DNA of 64,000 nucleotides from Hyaloraphidium curvatum SAG 235-1 (lineage: Eukaryota > Fungi > Monoblepharomycota), in NCBI GenBank assembly GCA_025558095.1, contig JAIVFI010000011.1:620001-684000 (forward strand). The letters run 5' to 3'. Positions 26,165 through 37,591 of the stretch are shown one piece after another. Under the pieces are notes generated by a model. It was not told the DNA's origin and searched no databases. It was given only the letters and a program-made list of their open reading frames with translations. The translations under genes were made by a program, and so were the position numbers. The first letter of the stretch is position 1; each line of letters opens with the position of its first letter.

Positions 26165-27979
26165 TCACTGCTGCAGCCTGCCCCGGATCTCCGCCTCCTT
26201 CTCGTCAAACTCGCTCCTCCTGTCGCTGATCCTCCCCGCCTCCACCTCCGCCTCCTCCCGCTGCTGCGCCGCAAAGGCCTCGGCCGCCTGCCTCTGCCGC
26301 TGGGCAAAGGCCTCCGCTTCCTGCTTCTGCTGCTCCTCAAAGAGCTCCGCCTCCCTGGCCCGCCGCGAAAGCCCGTCGGCCTCCTCGTTGGTCAGGTTCT
26401 CACGAAGCTTTTCGAGTGCGTCCAGATCCCTCCGGACCTCGCTTTCGAGGATACGGCGGGCTAAGAGGCGCTTCTGCTCCGCGAGACGGGCCGCCTTAGC
26501 GGCCAGCTCCGCCTGCTGCCGCTCGAACTCGGCGGTCTCGGCTTCAAGGCGGGCCGCGAGATCGTCAATGTCCTCGGGCTCCGGAGGCTGAATGGGAAGC
26601 GGGTCTGGCATTGGAGACGGGGTGCGACCAGCAGGTAGCGGGTCGGCGGGCGGGGAAGAGGAACGCATCGAGGTGCCAGCCGAGACCGGTGATGGGGCAG
26701 GCTGAGGCATCTGCCGCGTCGAATCCGCGACAGGATCCTCAAGAAACAGGTGAGAGGGACCGGCCGCGCCACTGTTGGCGACAGGAGTGCGCCTGCGCTT
26801 GGCCGTCCGATCCGCGGTCGGGGAGCTCAAGGCACGCTTGAGTGCAAGCGCCTCGCGGCGCTCCAGAGTCCGGCGCCGACACGCTTCCGACTCGGCCTCG
26901 CGTTTCCTGCGCTCGCGCTCTGCCTGCACCGAGGCGCGAGTGGGATTATTGGCGATCCGAAGGAGCTCGATCTCGGCGTCTTCCGGCTTGGTGCCAGACT
27001 TGTCTGCGATCGAGATGTCGATGCGGGGGTCGAGGTGCATAACGGCGAGGGTCTCGGAGCAGTTGACACTACAAGCAAAATAATAGGACGTGCGACCAAG
27101 CCGGTCGCGGGCATTGGGGTCGGTGCTCCATTCCAAAAGCGTGGCCACGATCGCCTTGCGGTTGCCGCCCTGGGCACATGCGAGCATGAGCGACGTCACG
27201 CCCGCCTCGTCAGCGTGGTCGGGGTCTGCACCCCGCTCCAGCAACGCAAGCACCTCCTGGTGCGTGCCGCTGTGGCTGGCCAGGGCCAGAGCCTGCTCCA
27301 GAGTGCGCGACGCGGGATCGGTGCGGATGAGCCAACGCGGGATGGGAAGGCGGTACTCCATGGTCTCGAGAAGCTGGAGCATGAATTCGACCATGTCGTC
27401 CAACGGCACGAGGACCGGATCCGTGTTCAAGTCCACGTCCTCGTACACGAGCTCCAGGTCGAGCCCCTCCCGGATCATGCGGCAGAGGAGCAGCTCGGCG
27501 CTTCCAAAGTCGCCGGTGGCACAGGCGTAGTAGAGGGCGTGGCGGCCGAACCTGTTGCGCCGGCCCACGTCCACGTCGGAATGGGCAAGGATCTGCCCGA
27601 CGGCGTAGTGCGTCCCCTCGACGGCGGCCATCATGAGCGGGGTGAGCCCGTCGTCCGGCACGGCGTTGACGTCGGTGCGCGGGTCCGAAAGCAAGAGTTC
27701 GAGCATGTCCGAACGGACGTCGTCCTTGTCGGATGCAACCCAAACCAGGACAGGGTAATCCCACCAGTCATCGAGGGGGGCGTTGGGATCCAGCTGGGGG
27801 TTGTTGGCGAGGAGTTCGCGGACCACCTCCACGCGGTTGTCCCTGACAGCGGCGTGGAACCGCTTCACCAGGTGCCGGGGGTCGGGCGAGGCCGGCACCG
27901 CACCGTCACCGTTCCGTTCCAGCATCGCGGCAGGAGCGGCGCCGGGAGAGCCAGATGGAGCAGCGTTGGGAGAGTCCAT
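26165..27979 (-). CDS. Ankyrin-repeat protein with C-terminal coiled coil
   Basis: Repeated ANK motifs (GLTPLMMAA, GRHALYYAC, GVTSLMLAC, GRTSYYFAC) and an E/Q/R-rich tail. Confidence 0.85.
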   Translation of the reverse strand: MDSPNAAPSGSPGAAPAAMLERNGDGAVPASPDPRHLVKRFHAAVRDNRVEVVRELLANNPQLDPNAPLDDWWDYPVLVWVASDKDDVRSDMLELLLSDPRTDVNAVPDDGLTPLMMAAVEGTHYAVGQILAHSDVDVGRRNRFGRHALYYACATGDFGSAELLLCRMIREGLDLELVYEDVDLNTDPVLVPLDDMVEFMLQLLETMEYRLPIPRWLIRTDPASRTLEQALALASHSGTHQEVLALLERGADPDHADEAGVTSLMLACAQGGNRKAIVATLLEWSTDPNARDRLGRTSYYFACSVNCSETLAVMHLDPRIDISIADKSGTKPEDAEIELLRIANNPTRASVQAERERRKREAESEACRRRTLERREALALKRALSSPTADRTAKRRRTPVANSGAAGPSHLFLEDPVADSTRQMPQPAPSPVSAGTSMRSSSPPADPLPAGRTPSPMPDPLPIQPPEPEDIDDLAARLEAETAEFERQQAELAAKAARLAEQKRLLARRILESEVRRDLDALEKLRENLTNEEADGLSRRAREAELFEEQQKQEAEAFAQRQRQAAEAFAAQQREEAEVEAGRISDRRSEFDEKEAEIRGRLQQ

Positions 27980-28183
27980 GAGGATCCTCCTTTTGTAGGC
28001 CCGCTGAGCGAACTGAGCTCCGCAAGGTCTGAGACGGGTCCACGGGCTGGTGAACAATCACTCACTCTGACCCCGTCGGGGCTGATGCGTGACCAATCTA
28101 GTTTGCCCAGCATTACAACGTGACCGGCGTGCCGGAAGCGGACCGCACATGACCCCAGACGACCCCAGGCGGCGCCGCGCCCA

Positions 28184-30461
28184 TCACCACTTTCCATCGA
28201 ACCCCAGCCACGCCGGATCGAGCTGGAACGCCGGGAAGTACCTCCTCTTCTCCACCAGCTGGCACCAGTTCCACGCGCTCGTCAGGCGGCCGTCAATGCA
28301 GCTCCCCGCCGAGAAGTAGTCGAGCGCCCCGGAGCCGTCGAAGGCGTGCCGGAAAAAGTCGCGGGCGATCGTCTTGCGCAGGATTTCGGGGCCGTCGAAC
28401 TCCGAGTCGACGTAGCGCGCGAGGCCCTCGTTCTTCATGAGCTTGTCGACGTTGCGGAGGCACGAGCAGATGGGGAGGAGGATGCGAGGCACTTGCGAGT
28501 ACTGAAAACAAGGGTCAGGCCCCGTGTCGGGCGCGGAACGGGACGGCCGGACCGACCTTGTCGACAAAGTTGAGCGCGTTCGGCACGTTCGTGTCCCCCA
28601 GGTGCACCACCGACGACCCCACCCTGCGTCGCCCCCACGTCAGCCCCTTTCCGCCGCCCAACAACACGGTTCGCGACCCACCAGTAGCCCAGCTTCCTCT
28701 GCGCCCTCCCCAGGATGATCTGCATCGCCCTCGACACCCCCGGGCACGCCTGCATCCTGTTGAGCCCCTGCCCCGTGTCCCGCAGCCTGTACGGGTTGCC
28801 GGCGTCCAGCATGTCCCGGTCGGCGAGGTACCAGAGCATGAAGGTCTCGTTGGCGATCTCGCGCCACAGGGCGAGGGTCTGGCTGACGCTGGAACGGGTG
28901 CGGCCCGTTCATGTAGGCCCGCGCGGAGAAAGCTGCGGCGACTTACTAGTGGAACTGCCTCGTGTGGTCGTGCGTGAGCCTCGCGCCGCCCAGGCCCGAG
29001 GTGATTGCCAGCGACCACCCCTGCTCCACCTCGTCGGGGCGGAAGTACTTCCCCAGCCACCCCGCCATCTCGTCGCACGGGTCCCGCGCGAACCGGAGGA
29101 AGGCGTGGTTGTCCCCGATCGAGTACAGCGCCTGCCTGACGTCCTCGGCCCCCAGGCCGGCGTCGGGGCGGGCGTAACGCCGCGCCAGCGCCTCGATCGC
29201 GCGCTCCTTGGCGCGGATCTCGGACTGGATGACGTGGCGGGGCTTGCCGGCGGGGCTGATTTCCATGGTGGCCGTGGCGACGAGGGGGTCGCGGAGGAGG
29301 GGGAGCGCGCCGGCGGCCTCGAGGGTGGAGTGCACGGTGCGGATGGGGCGCACGCAGTTGAAGCCGAGCTGCTCCTTGACCTCGGGGATCTGGCTGTCCA
29401 TAAGGATGTACTGAATTGGGAGCAGGAAAACGGTAAGCGAGGTGCGGGATGGCGAGTGCAAGTCGACCCACCATGAGCTTGCCGTACGTGGTGCGCATCT
29501 TTTCCGGGTTCATGGTCTTGTGGCGGCGGCCCAGCTCGAACACGTTCTGGAAAAAGTCCTCGTTCGTGGCAAAGTCGCGGTCCTTGAACAGCTCCTGCCC
29601 GACCTGGAAGTCGCAGGCCACGACCAGGCCGGCCAGGATCGAGCACAGCTCGCGGATCTGCGCCACCATCTTCTTTGTCTTGGACGAGTAGGTGAGCACG
29701 TCGATCTTGTCCGTGTACTCGCTCACGTCGAGAGCGGCCTCGAGCAGGCGGAGGTACTTGCGCTCGTTGAGCGTGAGGCGCACGGGGATGTACTTGCTGC
29801 GCTCCACGAAGTACTCGCCCACGTCCTGCAGCGCGGCGGCGGCCAGCGCGGCGTCGGCGCGGCCGGCGGCCTCCTCTGCGGCGCGGTCCGATGCGGTGCG
29901 CTTGGCGGAGCCGTTGGCGGCGGGCGCGGGCGCGGCGGCGGGCGGCGCCTCGGGCCGCAGGCGAGCGACTTCGTGCGCGGCCCGCCTCCCCTTGCGGTGC
30001 AGGGCCGCGAAGCACACGTCGCAGAACTTTTCGCCGCACCCGCTGCAGTCCACGTCCGCCGGGTGGTCCTCGCACTCGGCGCAGTTCCCCTCGGGCACCT
30101 CGCGCGGCGGCGGCGCGTCGTCGTCGCTCTCTGCGATCGGCGCCTCGTTTGCCGGTTGGGCGGCCTCGATCTCCTCGTCCATCGCGTCTTCGTCGGCGGC
30201 GCCGTCGCCGTAGTCCTTTGCCAGCCGCGCCAGCGCGCCCTCGGCATCGCCGCCCTCCGCCGCATTGGACAGCGTCGGCATGGCGGCTCTCAGCACGGGC
30301 AGCTCCTTGTACGTGCGGAGAGCGGCCTCCTTGCGCTCCGCGTCCGAGACGGCGTCCGCGGGCGCGCCGGTGCCGACCACCTGGAAGCCGGGCGGCGCCA
30401 TCTCGGCGGGGCGGTCGTCGGCGGGCGGCGCTGAGAAGACCTTGAACAGGCTGTTGAGCAT
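28184..30461 (-). CDS. UPF0652/DUF2009 protein with B-box zinc finger
   Basis: B-box CAECED...CSGCGEKFCDVCFAALHRKG; YIPVRLTLNERKYLRLLEAALDVSEYTDKID, GARLTHDH, HLGDTNVPNALNFVDK, GSCIDGRLTSAWNWC motifs; 4 introns. Confidence 0.9.
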
Positions 30462-30638
30462 GCGCCGGATCTGCCTTCTTTTCCTTTCCTTTCTGCGGTT
30501 GGAGGCGGTGGCGGTCTTAGAATGTTTAGGCCGAGTCCCGCATGAATTCGCGTCTAGACGCTCGAGATACCATTTCCTGTCCGAACCCCCCACGCCTCCG
30601 TTCTCCGCAGCAGGGCGCCCCCGTTCGCCGCACTCGCG

Positions 30639-33319
30639 ATGGCGTTCTACCCGCCGCGCAAGAAGGCGCGCGTGCGTGCGGGCGACGCCGATGCCGCCCT
30701 CCCGCGGGCCGGCGCGCCCGACTCCGACGAGGACGAATCCCCGTCCGGCGTGCACTTCGGCAAGCGCAAGGCCGACAAGTCGTTCGTGACCGTCGGCACG
30801 CCGTTCCCCGTCGACCTCGACGCGCTGTCCCGCAAGGAGGCAAACGACTTCAAGCCGCTGTGGCAGCAGGAGGCACGCGACGAGCGCGGCCGGCGCCGGC
30901 TGCACGGCGCCTTCACCGGCGGCTTCTCGGCGGGCTACTTCAACACCGTGGGCTCCAAGGAGGGCTGGACGCCCGGCGCCTTCGTATCGTCGCGCTCGCA
31001 GCGCGGCAGGGTGGAGCAGAGGCCCGAGGACTTTATGGACGACGAGGACATGGCCGAGATGGGGCCGCAGCTGAAAGCAGCAGAGGGGTTCGACATCCTC
31101 GGGGGCACGGCGCAGGAGATCGGACGCCGGAAGGCGCTGGAGGAGGGCTCCGTGGCCGAGCGGCTCATGCACGACATGATCGCGCCCGCGGCGGAATCGA
31201 TGGGCGAGAAGATCCTCCGCCACATGGGCTGGCGCGAGGGGCAGGGCATCGGCCCGCGGGTCAAACGGAAAACGCTCGAGGGCGACGCCGGGGGCAAGGA
31301 GGAGGACGCGTTTTTGAAGGGCGCCACCTTCGCGCCCAAGGACGTTTCTTCCTTCACCTTCAGCCCGAAAACCGACACCTTTGGCCTGGGCTACGAGCCG
31401 CACCGCGACGCCCCCGAGTTCTCCCGCGCGGGCGGCGGCATCGAGCGCGACGTCGAGGCCCGGCTCGCCCGCCGCGGGGAGCTGCGCGGGCGGCAGGACG
31501 GGTTCGGACTGGGGATGTTCGAGGACGAGGACGACGCCGAGGTGTACGATTCGTCGGCGGGGCCGATGCGCGGGCTCAAGGTGGTGGTGGAAGAGGAGGA
31601 GGAGGGGGGTGGGAGGGGGAGGAAGGCGTTCGGGGACCGGACCAACGACGCGGCGCTGGCGGATCCGGCGGCGGCGGCGAGGAGGGGGACGGACGGGAAG
31701 CCGGCAATGCGCGGGTTCGTGCTGGCGGAGAAGCAGCAGGCGCTCTACAAGTGGTGAGGCTCTGCGGTCACAGTCTGGCCCCGGTTCGGTTTCTGACTTT
31801 TGGCGCCCTCGTCGATGACAGGTTCCCGCCGCCCGAGGTCCCCAAGGACTTTGTCCCCATCCACAAGTTCTCCGAACCCGGCCCCGCCTCGCTGCACCCC
31901 GCCCCCAACCCTCTCGCCCCCGCACAGCAGCCCGTTTCGCAGCTCACCCCCGACCAGCGCCGCGACATCCTCGGCGAACAGCCCATCGACGCCCCCGCGC
32001 GCTCCGTCTTCTCGTACCTCCCCGTCGCCGAGGCCGAGAAGCTCCGCAGCACCATCGCGGGGATCAAATCCCAGACCGCCGATGCCCCGCTCGTCGTCCC
32101 TCCCTTGGACGCCGAGGTCGCGCGCGCCGCGCTGCGCGGGTTCCTCCCCTACGCGCGCGAACCCGCAAAGCAGGAACGCTACCGCCGGTTCCTCCTCCTC
32201 CGTGCGGGCGAGGCGGACGACCCCGGTCCCGCGCCCGAGGGCATGCGCGGCGCGGCGAGGCAGGCGGAGCTGGACGAGTTTGCGCGCGCAGCGGCGGTCT
32301 ACCGCCCCGCCTCCGGGGCGATGGCCTCGCGGTTCACGAGCGCGGGGACGGCGGACACGCCCAGGGAGGAGGACACGTCGGTTGCTGCGAAAGCGAGGCA
32401 GTACGGCCGGCTGACGAGGACGGTGAAGGCGTGGACGCCGAGCAGGCTGCTTTGCAAGCGGCTCAACGTTCCCCCGCCGCGGGCCGAAGCAGAAGGGGGG
32501 GATAGGGCGAGGGAGAGGGAGGTGCTGAATGCCGAGGCGATGCGGGAGCTCGGGGCGCTGATCGGGGGGCCGCCTGCGGGGACCCCCGCGGGCGGGAAGG
32601 GGGCGGCCAAGGAGGAGGAGGAGGAGGAGGAGCAGGCTTTGATCGAGGAGCCGGAGATGGCGCCGCGGCCGCCGATGGACCTGTTCCGCTCCATTTTCGG
32701 GGACTCGGACACGGACGAGAGCGACGACGAGGGCGAGGAGGGGACGCCCGGGCGGGGGAGGGCGAGGTCGGCGACGCCCGGCCCGCCCGCTCCCGCGCCT
32801 GCGTCGGCTTTTGCGGCGGAGGTCAAGCGCGAGAAATCCGGGTCGCCGGTGCCGGCGGCCCCGGGTGACCGCAAGGTGACCTTCCGGAGCAAGGCCGAGC
32901 GGGGTGGGCAGTCTTCCAAGATCGGCGGGTCGTCGTCATCGGGCAAGCCCAAGAAACGTGGGCCGATGACGATCCAGTTCGACGAGGACGGGGAGGACGA
33001 TCATGCGAGGAGGAGCAGGAGCCCGTCGCCCGAGAGGCGGAGGAAGGAGGGGAAGAAGGAGCGCAAGCGGAGCCGGAGTCGGGAGCGGGATGAGGCGCCG
33101 AAGCCGAAGCGGGAGGAGGCGCCCAAGCCGAAGCCCGCGGCGCCGCCGAAGGCGGCGGAGGATTCGGACAGCGACGATGCGACGGTGCCGGCGCTGCCGC
33201 CGGACATGGTCAGGCCGCCCAGGGCGGAGCCAGCCGTGCCGGCTCCCGCGTCTCGTCCTGCGGCGGCAAGGGGGGCCAGGCCGACGGCGGCGGACCTGTT
33301 TGACGACGACGACGATTAG
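30639..33319 (+). CDS. GPATCH1: G-patch domain protein 1 (DUF1604 + G-patch; spliceosome-associated)
   Basis: RRRLHGAFTGGFSAGYFNTVGSKEGWTP, MGEKILRHMGWREGQGIG, WTPSRLLCKRLNV, RPPMDLFRSIF; intron at ~31754-31821. Confidence 0.92.
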
Positions 33320-33369
33320 GGCGCCGTTTGTCGCGAACACGCTCTTGATCTTTCGATTTTGCCGCGTCT

Positions 33370-34341
33370 TCATTCCCCGGTCCGGTTTGGATGATCCCGG
33401 ACGGGCCGCCGTTCGTACACGACCGAGTACCGCCGCCGGTCCGCCTTGTCCACGCGGTGCGCGACCGCCGGGAGGTCCAGCTTTCCCTTGGTCGCTTCCG
33501 CGAGCGCGTCGTCGACGATGACGAGGATGTCGTGCCCCGGAACCAGGCGCGCCGGTCCCGAGGGCCTGCCCGGTGCGCAGAGGTCGAGCAACGAGGGCTG
33601 AAAAGCGGCTTCGGGGTCCTCGGCGGCCCACCACCATCCCTCCGCCATCTCCTCGTCCGCCGCACCGTAGGGCAAACACGTCCGAGGCATCCGCAGCGCC
33701 AGTCCCGGGGTCGCGGCGCACGGCACGCAGGTCAGGACGCCCGGATCCACGTGCTCGGCGCAGTTCTCCGAGCGCGCCACCGCGGGCGTGTTGTGGTACC
33801 GGAAGAGGTCGTAGGGCGAGACGCTGGATGCCGTCGTCGCGCTTGTGGGGTGAGTCCGGGGGAGGCGGGAGTGCGGGTCGCGGAAGCGCCGGGGGAGCGG
33901 GGGGAGGTTGGACGCGGAGACCTCCGCGTCGAGGACGTCCAGGACCGCGTCGACGATTTCCTCGAGGGCGTCCAAGGCACGTAGTTGGGCGGTGCGGAAG
34001 CGATCGAGCTCCGCGGTGTCCACGTCCGCTTCAGGCCACCGTTGCTCAAACCCCCTTCGGATCCTGAACACCGCTTTCGAAGGTGCGGGTTCGTGGTACC
34101 CGCCGAATCCCGCCGTGAGACCGCCGGCGACCTCGGCCACGCGGTGGAACGTGGGCTTGAGGGCGTAGAGAGGGAGAGAGAACAGCCATTCTGTCGCAGA
34201 AGAGGCATCGGGGAAGACGCGTCCATCGGGCGCGGAGACGACGAGCGCGCCGGTGCCGCGCAGGGAGGCGACGACGTCACCGCGGACGGACGCGTCGGCG
34301 AGCGCGGTGCGGAGGTCGGCGGGGGAGACGCGCGTCAGCAT
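33370..34341 (-). CDS. 2-oxoglutarate/Fe(II)-dependent dioxygenase (IPNS-like fold)
   Basis: HxD (HVDPG), distal His (AHRV) and RxS (RYS) motifs. Confidence 0.8.
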   Translation of the reverse strand: MLTRVSPADLRTALADASVRGDVVASLRGTGALVVSAPDGRVFPDASSATEWLFSLPLYALKPTFHRVAEVAGGLTAGFGGYHEPAPSKAVFRIRRGFEQRWPEADVDTAELDRFRTAQLRALDALEEIVDAVLDVLDAEVSASNLPPLPRRFRDPHSRLPRTHPTSATTASSVSPYDLFRYHNTPAVARSENCAEHVDPGVLTCVPCAATPGLALRMPRTCLPYGAADEEMAEGWWWAAEDPEAAFQPSLLDLCAPGRPSGPARLVPGHDILVIVDDALAEATKGKLDLPAVAHRVDKADRRRYSVVYERRPVRDHPNRTGE

Positions 34342-34697
34342 CGCTCTTGTATCTGGGGGCCGGCGTCATCGCGACGCATCCACGCATCAGCCCTGCTGGG
34401 GACGGCGGGAACATTCAGGGGACCGTTGCGGGGATCGTGCATTGCTTGTCGAATGTTACCAAATCCATCGAGCTTATCTCCTCCGGCATTGCTGATCCTC
34501 CACACGCGAATGGTGCCAGGCGGGAGACGGTGGGAAGGTTCTGCGAAGGGCTGGTGACCGCGTGGGTCCGCGCGAGCGCTCGGCACCGCGCCGAGAACCC
34601 CGACGCTTGCACGGAACTGCTGGGCGGGCATAACTCATTGGCTGATTCTTGGATTCGACTGGCACGACTCTGCACGGCCGGCACGACTCCCAAGGCC

Positions 34698-36066
34698 ATG
34701 ACCGCCCGCACCTTTGCGTCCAACGCCGACACCGATCCCGCCGTGCTCGGCTGGATGGTCGGCTCGCCCCCGCCGCCGGACAAGGTGATCCGGCACTCGG
34801 ATGTGGAACCCAACGGCCTGCCGCGGTTCCGGACGTTCCCGTGGAGCCGATGGAGCTTCGCCAACCTGCGACAGTTGTGAGCTTCCGTCGCGATGGCCCG
34901 TCGCCGTGCTGGAAACTCTGGTTGCAGGATTCCCACGGTCCAGGTCTCGCGCGGCCAAGGTCCGGTCTCCGAGCTCCCGCGCGCGGATCGGCAGGACCTC
35001 GACGCGGTGCCGTACACGCCCCTTGGTTCGTCCGAGGTGCTGACATGGGCAGACTCCTTGGACCGGAACTACACAGACGCGATATGCGTGCTGCACAGAG
35101 GGCGCATCGTGTATGAGAAGTACTTTGGCGTGATGGCACCGGACAAGGAGCACATGGCCGCCAGTGTGACAAAGAGCTATGCTGGGCTTCTGGCGGCGAT
35201 GCTAGTACACGAGGGGCTGATCGAGGAGAAGGCGCTGGTGACAAAGTACGTGCCGGAACTGGCTGGGTGAGTTTCGGGGCGGTTGATGGCCGTTGTCTTG
35301 TGCTCATGCGGTGGACAGCACGGCGTTTGGGGATGCCACCGTCCGCGACGTCATGGACATGCGCACAGGCGTGGCCTACAGCGAGGACTACTCGGACCCG
35401 AATTCCGATTTCTGGGAGGCGATGCGTGCAACAAGCTTCTACCACCGCCCTGCCAGCTACTCCGGCGCGCGATCAACCTACGAGTTCGTCGTCAAACTGA
35501 AGCAAAAGGAAGGGCCCCACGGCCAGGACTTCAAGTACAAGACTGCCAACACTTATGTCCTGGGGTGGATACTCTGCCGCACCACCGGCAAAACATTCGC
35601 GCAACTCCTGTCGGAGCGCATCTGGGCGCCGCTGGGATGCGAGCGTGACGGGTCGCTGACGGTGGACGAGGAGGGCACCGAGTCCACCGGGGGCGGACTG
35701 CTGCTGGTGCTCCGGGACCTGGCAAGGGCGGGTGAAATGATGAGGTTGGGAGGGAAGTTCAATGGCTGCCAAATCGTGCCGGAGCCCGTGGTGGAGGACA
35801 TCATGAAGGGCGGATCGGCGGAGGCGTTCGAAGCTTTTGGCCCGAAGACGATGCTCGGGGGCGCCTACAGAAGCCATTGGTGGGTGACCAACAACGAGCA
35901 CGAATGCTATGCAGCGAGGGGCGTGAATGGGCAGGGGATCTGGGTGGATCCCGTCGCGGAGGTGGTCATTGCCCGGTTTGCTTCGCACCCGATCTCGGCC
36001 AACGCGCTCATCGACCCGGACACGCTGCCGGCGTACCTGGCCTTGGCAAAGCACCTGATGAAGTGA
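34698..36066 (+). CDS. Serine beta-lactamase-fold hydrolase, 6-aminohexanoate-dimer hydrolase (NylB)-like
   Basis: LGWMVGSPPPPDKVI...RWSF N-terminus, SxxK (SVTKS), FKYKTANT, ARGVNGQ; introns at 34877-34928 and ~35267-35318. Confidence 0.88.
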
Positions 36067-36248
36067 GCAATGGTATTGCTCCGTGGTTACGAATTGCGTA
36101 TCTGCTAGAAGGGAGTGAAAATGAATGCGCCGATTGGAAAGGGAGGCGGCCACCGGGCGGCTATCGCACTCTCCTGAGCGCTGGCAATAGTGCCACGAGA
36201 CAGTTAGGGCAATCCGCGCCTAATCGACGGAGCATTCCGGACGAGCTG

Positions 36249-37591
36249 CGAGGGCCAATATCGCTGCCGAAAAGGACGAATGCAAATCTCCGACCCCCCG
36301 GAGACGACCGCGTGGCAAGCACGCGAGTTGGAAAGCGACATTCCATCGCGGCATCGGCGGTGCGCTAGGGTTGAGCTGGGTTAGACTATACATAAGCCGG
36401 CGCACCTGGATCTGAGACTTGCTCTTTCTTGACCTCAATCAGAGGCACCCCCATCGCGGCGACGCCCCGGGCCCGCGTGCCCCCCGGCTGTTGCCCGTGT
36501 ACGGGCGAACAGCTGCGCGGCGGGGCGTCCCCGGGGTGCGGGCGGCGGCGCACGGCCCATTGTTTGGGACGGCGTCAGCGGGGGGGTGCCTCCCCACGCG
36601 TGACGGCGCACGGCAGGACAGGTAGGCATGCATCGCCGCAAAGACAATGGGCTGACATTGCATTCCCTGCAGGCGATCGGACAGGGCGGCGAGTCCGGGT
36701 AGGGAGGGGACCCAGGGGGGCCCTGCGGCTCGGCCCCAGCCGCGACGCCCGTTGCCGCTCCGCCGCCAGGCGTCGAGCGGGACGGGGTCGTGCGCTGTCC
36801 CGCGCCCGCGAAGACCGCGGCCTTTCGGCAGGCCGCGCAAGACCGGGTAGGAGGGCGGTCCGCGCAAGGCCAAGGACAGGCTAGCGCGCACTCCCGCTCG
36901 ACCCTCCTCACGTGCGACGAGGAGGCACCGGGGTGTGCAGCTGCTCCGGGCCCGCGAAGACCGCGGCCTTTTCGGCATGCTGCGCAAGTTCAAACACAAG
37001 GCGGCCGGCTTGCCGCGCCCTAACTTTCGCCCTCCAACGCAGGGCAGCGCATCCATCGACCAGGCGACAAGGCGGCCAGCACCTTCAAGTGTCGGATGTG
37101 GGTTCGGCTTCGGCCGACGGACTCTGCCCGGCACCCACCACCACGCGTCCGGCGCGGCGTCGTGGGGACGGTGGAGCCCGAGACCGGCTCCGAGGCAAGC
37201 GGCACGGCGGCAAGGCCAAGTGTCGGATGTGGAGTCGGCTTCGGCCGGTGGACACAGCCCCGACTGTCTGCACCACGCCGGCGAGCGGTGAGCACGTAGT
37301 CGTCCGAGACCGGCTCCAAGCGACGCCGTCACCCTCAAGCGGCGTCTTGGGCGCAAAATCTCGGCAAGGTCAAGCTCGGGTAAGGGGGCGGTCCGTGGAT
37401 GGCCTCTGCGGCTTCGGCCCCAGCAGCTTCGCCCGGCCCCAGCAGCGTCGCCCGGTGATCCGTCCCGCAGCAAGGCGCGGGCGGCAGTGGGGATGCGAGC
37501 TGCCCTGGGCCCACCGGCAAGACCATCTCTACTTGCTAAGCTGGGAAACAAATGAACTTCCTGCTACATGCAGGGGATCATGATGAGCAAA
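36249..37591 (-). repeat. Modular GC-rich non-coding repeat element, copy 2 (inverted, internally shorter)
   Basis: Reverse-complement homology to 17296-19360. Has fewer 131-bp units and lacks the ~450-bp block at 18140-18590. Confidence 0.85.

Noticed and set aside
28515-31925. 1136-aa minus-strand ORF
   Set aside because: It is a chimera of the antisense shadow of GPATCH1 and the real UPF0652 first exon; the real start is at 30461.
36429-36443. TTGACCTCAATCAG resembling the 5' start of fungal 28S rRNA
   Set aside because: There is no downstream ACCCGCTGAACTTAAGC or any other rRNA conservation; the match is too short.
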